From Obrimoposthia wandeli (taxonomy: Eukaryota): a DNA stretch of 64,000 bases. Both the position numbers and the translations under genes were made by a program. Positions 54,616 to 64,000 of this stretch are shown piece after piece (positions within the stretch are counted from its first letter, which is position 1; every line of letters starts with the position of its first letter). The notes beneath the pieces were generated by a model. That model saw only the letters and a list, made by a program, of their open reading frames with translations. It made no database searches and had not been told where the DNA came from. Location: NCBI GenBank assembly GCA_977020255.1, contig CDROCS010001621.1, positions 124,001 through 188,000 on the forward strand. The letters run 5' to 3'.

Positions 54616-56279
54616 TTTGATATAATATATTTTGATTTATCTGAAGAGTTTGCACAGAAATAACAAATTCACATAATTTAAACAATTTTTAAACCTTTTA
54701 AATATGTTCAAATATTTGTGTATTGCTTTGCTTTATGTACGTTAAAAAATAAATTCAATGAATGAAGCTATGCAAAAAGATACATGAAGAATTTAAATGA
54801 AAACGAGAAATAAAATATATAATTTTTACTATTCAAATAAATACAGAAATACTAAATAGTATTATATATGCTCATAGCAGGTGATCTCGGGGAGTTCTGG
54901 TGATTCTGGAATCTTTCTCTTGTAGATAGACTGATTGAAATAATATATTTTTCATTGTTTTATTACTAGGCATCATATATAAATTAACACATTTTTTAAA
55001 ACGCTAATAATTATTAAACTTTGGCTTGCTCGTGTGCATTTTTGAAATTCAACCCGTGGCTTTTTTATCAAGTAAAGAAAGTGTTATATATTTACTTGTT
55101 CACAAGCAGATTTATTATAAAATAATAGTTAGGTATATGTTTTGTTGACAACTTGACGCCGAATCTATTTGACCACTTTTGTATGAGTAGTTTTAATCTT
55201 CTAATATATGTTACAAACTAAATACTGAGAATCAAACACTAATATCATTAAATTACTTTATCCCCTTATTCATGAATTTGATCACTTGTAAATGTAGAAA
55301 TTATAAAGTGACAAATCATTTTATTCGTTTTCATTTAAAGCCCAAAGACGTGGTAATTTTGTCATCGACGGGAACATAGTATCCATTAATATACATAATC
55401 AGGTTTGTAAATTCAAGAATATTTTGAACTGACCAATATCAGATTTGGTTAAAATTTCAATAAAATGTTTATTTTTGACTTTAAATATATTCATGAGATT
55501 TGCGACAACTATATACAACTGTTTATATAAAAAAAATATATTTAAATAAAATACAAATATTATAAAACAGAATAATAAAAAATAAAACTGTAAACAATTT
55601 AATACTTAAAGTCAATAAATGCAAAAATATACAAATGGAAGTAACATGGCTAAATTAAATATAAATATTGTGATGGGGTTTGATAGTAAAGGGAAATTAT
55701 ATTTCAAATGTAAAAATAAAAATAAAAAAATATTATATAAAAATAAAAAAGTTATATTTAAAAGTTATTTAGAATTTATTCAGTTGACATTAGAATCTAA
55801 AAAAAAGTTCAATTCGGTGTTGTTAGCGAACATGGAGTGGGTAATATGAAACGAGATATGGTATCATTAAAATCGATTAAAATATTCCTGGTAGAGTAGA
55901 AAAATTGTTAGCTAAAACTGGAACTAAGGATATACTGGAACTAAAACAGTCTTCAAAAGATTATAAACTAGAAGTTAATTTATGTAAATTGATAATGAAG
56001 GAATTCAGTGAATATTTAGACAAATACACAATATGTTATGATAAATTTCAACAAATTATGAAAATAAAAGAAATATTTAATAAAATATATTTACATATCA
56101 TTGAAATTTATTTATTACTTTCCAATCCTCCATCAATTAATTTTTGTGGAAATAATTATATTTTATTATTTCAAAATATTTTATCTTTTCGAATTAAATT
56201 GAGATTTTTTTGCCCTGTTTTTAATGTTTTTAAATTAATTAGATTAAAAATGATATATAATGCTTAAAATATGTTATCT

Positions 56280-57050
56280 ATAGGAGCTGAAAACTGAAGA
56301 AATTATCAAATTAGCAGTAGAACGGAAAACTGTTAATCAAATCGGTAGAACAATCAACAGACATCTCGTAACTATATGAAAATATTTAGATTTACCATCA
56401 AAGTATGGGGGAAATACAGGGGAAAAGGGAATATTGAATCAGGGGCAGAAAATATTAATCACTCTTTTATTAGAGAAGCACGATTAAACCAAACATCTAA
56501 AGTAAGTGTAAGATCTGATTGAATATTTGTAACTAATTAATATCTCAAACATAAAAATAACAAGAATGCCCCAATTTTGACAGCAAATCACAAACGTAGG
56601 AAAGTCAAATTGTTAAGTATGTACTTTGAAAAGGACCTCAAATTGTATAAACATATGTAAAACGATGGATTCACTTAATATTGTCACATTATACGTGCCA
56701 AAGAGTTATGTATAGAAGTAAGCATTATTATCAATGAGTTATGGTTTGAGGGTGCATTTCTAAATAAAATAAACGTTTATTAGCGTTTTTGGATGATAAT
56801 ATCAACTCTGACAAATACATACAAAGACTGAGTAATAATTTTGTAACCGAGTATAATGATAAAAATATTTATTTCAGCAAGATAATGCCCGACCCCACGT
56901 TTCAAAGAAGACTTTCACTGATTAAAAAAGCAAGAACAGCAATACAATTTCATGTACTGCTATTTGAAAATATATGGGGCATCGTTTTATATGATATATA
57001 CAGTAAAATGAATCAATATCAATCCCTAGAACTAGTTAGAGGCTATCATT
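56280..57050 (+). mobile_element. Degenerate Tc3-like transposase
   Basis: Across frameshifts: APILTANHKRR, VMV*GC, INSDKYIQRL, YFQQDNARPHVS, ENIWGIV. Confidence 0.72.
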
Positions 57051-60000
57051 ACTGAATAAATTATTTAGCTAAATTTATATATATTTTTAATGTCTTTTAA
57101 TGTGTAACTTTTCGAATAAATTATGAATTTACTACAAATAGTTATAAAATTTTCAAACAGAAAAACTGAGAAAATTGAATATTTTGACAGTATAATTTTA
57201 CAATAAAGTGTAAGAAAAATAGAGTTTGATATTTTTAGAAGGGTGACATATTCATATTAAAATAAATTGTCATTATTAATGATTGATTTTTATAAGACAA
57301 TGTTAAGTTAAAAATGTGCATTTAAGCATCTGATGTAAATCGTATCATTTGATATTATGAAACACGATGGAAAGAAATGATTTTTTGAGGAGTCGGTGGC
57401 CAAGTTTATACTTGATTGAATGCTGCTTCCAGATAAGATCCTGCAATATGATTAAAATCTCTGACTTACCAAGATTGGATACTGAATTTTTAAAAATTGC
57501 TTTATATGTTAAAAGTACTGCGATGTATATATAATATTTGAATACATCAGTAGTCACGTTTTTCACGTGATAAAAATCTAAATGTCGCAGTTAATTTAAT
57601 TGAAAATTATATTCATGGTACTGTAACTTATTTTAAAAAGAAGCGTTTTTACTAACATCATTTTTAACGATGTCCAAAATGCTTTACATGAAGAAAATTT
57701 AATCATTGTTTTGTACATTAACAATAGAACGCGAATGTTGCAGAAATAAATTTGAAGGAATGTATGAGCTCCCTGAAAGTTAAATAATAAGTGTAAAATT
57801 AGTTAAAAATACATTATGTATTTTAACAGGGCCCATTCACTACTTAATTCACTATAAATAGCAATTTTTTTCATCTAAATTTCTAATTACAAATTAATTA
57901 TTTTTAAAATCTAAAGCTTTATTTGAAACTTTCATCTTTTTTAATGATGTTTTTAAATTAAATTAGTACGAAAATTTAACCTTTTCTGTCCTAATTTGGT
58001 CAAGATTCCTATCAAGAATCACTCATGGATACATTTATTATAACATATGTACTGTTTAAATGGTACTGTGTAGTAGTGTGATCTTCTCTGCTACTCTTAA
58101 GTGGGACATAAGGTAGAAATGGTCTTATTCTTGTTGTTAGTCATGAAGCTCGTAAGGTAAGCCTGATAAACAGTAAAGAACACCGGATAGTCTTTCTTCT
58201 CCATTGCCCTGCAGGATATCAACAAATAGTATACTCGGCTAGAATAACTTATCCGATAATATGCATGCATTATGTTGTGGCTAGATTCTTCTTTATGAGT
58301 AAATGAAGAACCACAATACTTTGAAAACAGGATGCACTTAAACTGAAAAAAGGCAAAAACGTTTAAAAAAAATTAAAGTATATAAATATTTTCAAAATCG
58401 TAGATAAAAATGAAAAAAAAGAAAGTTTATATACTAACTTTGATGCACATACACACTCAAAACATATTGGGGGAAAATAACAGTTTGTAATAAATTATTT
58501 TTCTTTTAATTGGTTCTTTACATGTCAGGTAATAGTAAGATATAGTTATATACTTCTTAAATGTACAATATTCACCATGATCAAGGTCGAAACAGCTAAT
58601 ATTTCTTGGAATTCAAAATACATATTTATGTGAAATATTAAAAATGTTTTCTAAATATACCTTTTCAATGTTTTGTATTTTTAGCTATTATTTTCTTCGA
58701 AAGCATAAAAAATTATCTTTTTAAAATTAAATTTAGAATCTATTTTATCTAAATTACAAATTTTACAAAAAGTCGTTTTCCCCTTTTTATTTATATAAAT
58801 TAAAATAAAAAGTGAGATATTTTTAGTAATTTGCTTTTAAGAATTTCAATATAGAAACGGAATTTCCACAAGAAATATATAGTGAATAGGATTAAAAATA
58901 TTGTATAATAATATTATCTCCATTTTTAATAATAAAAGCCACAGACTCAATAAAGTTTTCGTACAAAATTAACAAAGGTGAAGCTTGACTGGATTTGTTT
59001 ATAATTGAGGCTCCTCTATGCATTTCTTATTTTTTTGACTTTTTTCCTATGGTTAACTTTGAACAGTCACATTGTCTTGCTAAAGTTGAGCTACATAATC
59101 TTTTTGAATTTTCGTATTCCTGACCCCCTTTTTCTTTCACCTATTTTCGCTTTTCGATCACATTTATTAAACATTTTGAAATATTTTTTGAAAATTCCCT
59201 AATTTTCCCTCTTTTATTTGATTAATATTTCTAACGAAATGCATAACAGAAGATCATTTTTTTCCAATAATGTAATAAAACACATTTCAAAATAATTTCT
59301 TCAGATTTTTGAAATTTAACAGAAGGTAATATTTTTATTAATATAAATATTTTATATTTTAACAATAAAATTTGATTTGAAAATAAATGAAAGATGTTAG
59401 TTAGATTTTTCTTAAATTTAGTATTAAAAATGAATTTTTGTTATTTAATAACCTAATATATAGCTTCAAATAAAAAAAATAAGGATAATTCTATACAACA
59501 AAGTATAATTACGTATATATTCTTTCTAAAAGAAAGCCTCATCCAGAAAATATTGAATAAAACAGCAACGTTCTGACATAAATAGACTTGTATTTTCCCC
59601 TTTTAATTTCTTTAACGCTTAAAAAAGTAATTATTAAAATGGCTTTTAGTCTATTAAAGGTTTCTAAACTAATTAAAATTAAATTTTGAATTTCTGTGTT
59701 TTATATTTTGTCGTAGTCTTCTGGCTTTTATTTTCGCTATTTACTTTAGTCAATGAAAATATGGATTTCCCCGCTAATAATAAATAATGCCCTGATCTAC
59801 TAGAAGATAAACTGTTATCTGCCTCAGTCATTGACACTGGGAAATTTCTTTCTCGAGAAAAGTGGAGGTACTTAATCAGTTCAAGGGCGGGATTGACGAA
59901 AACCGTAAATGGAGATCGGATACTTACTGAAAAGTAGATAGTTAAATAAAACTATAGACTGGTGAACTTAGAATTCTTTGGAAAGATACTTTACACTTTT

Positions 60001-60828
60001 AAATTGACTATTGAAATATGTTCATAGAAAATCACCTCTTCATCAGTAAAGCAATTTATATTTTATATTACATTCAATATAATCGTCAAAAAAATCCGGC
60101 AGAGCAGATAAGGGTGACTGATTTTTGAGAACATGATTTGGTAACACCAGGCCTAAACTTTGACATTTATGATATGACAGTTTCATTTGAGTTGAGGGCA
60201 CAGTTGACGTATATTTATGTAAACTAACTTTTTGATATTAGTTCATATGCATCATTACTGGAGTAACTGTTACTGGTATCTTCCGAATTACTGGATTCTT
60301 CCGTCAAAGGTTAAGTATCAGAAATATTACTATCATTTCTGGAAACTTCGTGATCAGGAAATTCTTCGTCACGGGAAATTTTATTTAAAAATAAAAACAG
60401 ATTATAATATATTATTCAAGATCTTACCATAATGAAATATAAGCTAGTTCCAAAGATAGAATAAATTGAATTTTTTTTTCGGGTCACTTAGATTATTAAT
60501 GTGGTATAAGTGTTGGTTATTAGTTTCTATTCTCAATTTAATTATAGTAGATATCGCTAAAATAAGTTCTAGGTTAATATCATTCAAAATTTTCATTTCT
60601 ACAAAAAAACAGTTAAAAGAAACAATTAAAAGGTTTAAGAAAAAATGAAAAATTATTATTTGAATTTACTGTTTAGAGAAAGTAGTTTAAACTTTCATAT
60701 TAAAATGTTTTATTAGTTTACTAAGTTTTAATTGTTGTTTGTACTTACTAAATTTCATAAAATCCAAATAAAATATCATCTTATATTGATTTGAATTTTT
60801 TTATTTTACTCATTTATTTTGTATTATA

Positions 60829-61084
60829 CACCAAAACCTAGATTTGCGTCGTTAATTGGGACCAGTGAAAGACGACGCATTTCGAAATGACGCAAATCAA
60901 AATCATTTTCCCCATATATTTCTACATGATATTTCTTTATAAAGGAAATCACCTCTAAACTCAAGCAATATAAATAAAATTATTAACTGTTTAAAAACAT
61001 ATCATCTTCGAACAAATAAAAATTTTAACGACGCAACTTTGAAAACACCAAAATTTATGAACGATGCAAATCGAGGTTTTGGTG
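60829..61084. mobile_element. pogo/Tigger-type MITE, 256 bp
   Basis: 25-bp TIRs CACCAAAACCTAGATTTGCGTCGTT / AACGATGCAAATCGAGGTTTTGGTG (2 mismatches), TA on both sides. Confidence 0.88.
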
Positions 61085-61399
61085 TATACAGTACTAACAA
61101 TACTTAGTTTTATACTTGTTATTCTAATTTATAAATTCTTATGACATTGGGAATGAAAGTTCCGTAAATCTGAATTAAAATGATGGTAATTACAAAACTT
61201 GAAACATTTAAATAAGTTAGACACTTACAGTATTTTTCAGTATTGAAATCTAATAGGGGTAGTATTAAAAAGACAATAACATATCTTCTTCATAGTTACA
61301 AAAATGTTCTGAAATCTAATTGTAAGAAGCAATGTTAAAATATTTGCTCTCAAAAGCATTATAAGAGATAAAACTAAATAAAAAAGAAAATTTACACAT

Positions 61400-61650
61400 A
61401 AGGTAGGTGGATGTGTCCGGTCTAATCCACACCCCTCCGCCCCACTGTCCTTTAAAACCGAGCATGTTTGTGGAGTGAAATTTCGTGCATGTGTGTGGAG
61501 TGAAATTTTCTACTCCCCAACACTCAAAAAAAAATAATTAACCCCATAAAACACCCTTTAAAATTAAAAATCTCATAGTGCTCCCAAAAAAGTGAGGAAG
61601 GTACTGAGAGGCCGTCTAGTGGGCCAACGTGTGCCCGGAGTAGTAGATAG
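61400..61650 (+). mobile_element. Possible non-autonomous Helitron-like element
   Basis: GC-rich island with a 25-bp-period duplication (CATGTNTGTGGAGTGAAATTT) and a GGGC..GCCC hairpin near its right end; no intact CTAG terminus after the hairpin. Confidence 0.3.
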
Positions 61651-64000
61651 ATGTGAGGAATTTCAATGCAATTGCATAAATTTACATAAATAGAAAAACT
61701 TTAAGATGAAAATAAATCTACTTAAAAAAATAACTTTGATTTATAAAAGTAAAAAATATAAAAGTAGAAAAAAAAATTAGAAATAATTCCATGAGACTAA
61801 AATTATTTTTATTGTTACATTAACATAATTTGATCAATTTAAATAAAAATTTATTTCATCAAATCATTTGCTTTATCATATGACATATATAAGTAATTAT
61901 AGTTTAAAAGTTTTTCTTAAATTATTAAATAATAAAATGTTTCTGTTTTATAACAAGATTGTGTAAAATTCACAATTTCTATGATTATTACGGCATGTTT
62001 TTTTATTTTTAAATGACAATAAAATACAAATTAAATTAACTAAATTACGAAAATTCAACAAAAGCGTTTGACCCGTAAGTTTCAAATGTGTTCAAATTTT
62101 GATTATAAATAATTTTAAATAATAATTTTTAAATAATACGAAAACAAAATTATAGGTTTGGGATTTCACATCATAATTTATTTTGATTATCAAATTTTTA
62201 TATTTTATAAAATATAATAATGTTCAGAAGATTATAAGTAACATATTTATATCAGACATTTCCAAATGAGATGGCTTCCACATTAAAAGTAATCATTTTG
62301 TTGTGCAGAACATTCATCTTCATACCTAATAATTGATAATATTCTTGAACTGTTAACCATGAATGCTCTTAGTTTGATTGATAAAATCTGATAAAAAATT
62401 TGAATTTTGGATTTTTCTGGGAAATTTAATTTTAAAAAATATAAATATAATCAACTAAGAACAATGGAAGTAAATTATTTGTGTAAAAATCACTAACACT
62501 CAAAATTCACTACAATGTACAACTCTATTGACAGGGATCTGAAGTAAAAAATAATTTTAAAATATTAATTCATAACATACTAATAATAACATAATATTTT
62601 GTTTTATTGTGACTTTTTATTTTTTTTAAATCTGAATAATAACAAACGATATAAGTTTAAGCGCCATGGTATGCAGACTTACTGGGTAACTAATATTTTC
62701 CATTTTAGAAATTGGAATACATTTGGTACAATTCAGGATAATTTTAACCTAAACAAAATATTACAAAATTAACACCATTCTCTTGAATAACATTAAAATT
62801 CGTTTTATACCAAATTAAATCTTGAAATTTTTGAAATATTTTTACATTCTTTTAAAAAGCTTTAAATTTTTGTTTTTTTTAATTCCGAATTCACTGCATT
62901 TTTAATGATGAGAATCGAAAACATATATATTTATATAATTTATACTTTCCGCTTAACTAGATATATCGGTTAAAAATATGTCATTTAAAGAACTTGTTTG
63001 GATTACCTTATACAATATCGCCTGATTTGATATATCGTTTAGGTCTATGAATAATTGTGATAAATATTTTTAAGAAAATAAACACCTTATTCCATAGTTT
63101 AACACATTTTTGATTTCAATAATTATTCATTTTCTAAAACATTAAAATAAAGAAATTTTAACCAAAAATGATTATCTAAGAAGAAATGAATGTTTGGAAC
63201 GGAATAAAAAATATCGATGCCTTTAGAGAAAGGAAATCTGTACCATATATTGCAGATGAAGAACAAATCGTCAGATTTATTAGTAATTATTATTTTTAAT
63301 TGTTATTTTATGTTTTTAGTACTAGAGTTAAATGTGAAGCAAAACAATATTGGGAGATAGATGAATGGCAAGATAAAAGTGTTTAAGATTACGAAGTTTC
63401 GATTAATATTTTTTGCTAAAAAATTACATATTCTAAATTTCTTCATAAAATTATTGGTTTCCCATTTAAGCTGTATTTTGTATTAGTTATAATAGCAACT
63501 AATAACAACATCAACAAAATCCCATATTGCTGCAATCAATTCACCTTCGTTAATGGATTTCGAATTTCGGACTTTCTACTTTTATTGAAAGAATAAATAT
63601 TCAATGAGTTTGAAAAGGACAATAAGTTGGCAAATATTATATTGAATGCAAATTGATAATGGTTTATTTTCAGTTTTAGGGAGGCTTGTATTGTCAATAA
63701 TAAAAATGTCATTAATGATATTCTTCTTATTTAAAATCTTCAGTTCCATTTGCTGATGTGTTTTGGATTTTCTGATCATAGTGACCACTAACATTCATTC
63801 TGCAATTTTTGCATAATTCTTCATTTTTAGTGTTGGGACAACATCAATCGGTCGTTCCCCACAACAGATACCCATATAGTCGTCGCATAGATATCTGGAA
63901 CCTTGTTTCATCAGAAAATACAAACTTTTGTCTTTGCTTGGCTTCCAGAAACCAAGTGAATTTTAAAATAGTGAATAAGTTAAGAAAAAAATGTTAAGAA

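Noticed and set aside
55619-56267. AT-rich ORFs (also 16477-16665, 18959-19339, 35112-35315, 45974-46162, 46828-47040)
   Set aside because: They are rich in I/K/N/F/Y/L as expected from AT-rich DNA, with no motifs or splice context; treated as spurious.
57345-57566. DLIWKQH as the missing N-terminal SCYL2 exon (like ELVWKIH)
   Set aside because: An acceptor exists (ttgcag|GAT), but there is no plausible phase-0 donor and no similarity beyond a few residues.

Overview
This is very AT-rich animal-type genomic DNA, not prokaryotic. Nearly the whole window is intronic sequence of one minus-strand SCY1-like pseudokinase gene (SCYL2-like). Nine GT-AG exons between 11782 and 54112 splice into one 1230-nt (410-codon) open frame covering most of the pseudokinase domain and the first HEAT repeats. 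The first and last exons were not found and probably lie outside the window. The 0.6-10 kb introns are filled with decayed transposons (Tc1/Tc3, mariner, pogo/Tigger, hAT, piggyBac, MULE, L2/CR1-like and RTE-like LINEs) and two MITEs with clear terminal inverted repeats (TIRs). The most unusual region is a GC-richer ~2.5 kb island (about 32143-34699). It holds a 26-copy palindromic minisatellite with a ~368-bp higher-order duplication, a promoter-like and splice-donor module in the host gene's sense, and a stop-riddled, coding-like frame with a RIP-like dinucleotide skew. It shares terminal motifs with a second solo-LTR-like element at 42979-43751. All family assignments come from recalled motifs and all counts were made by hand; no database search was run.
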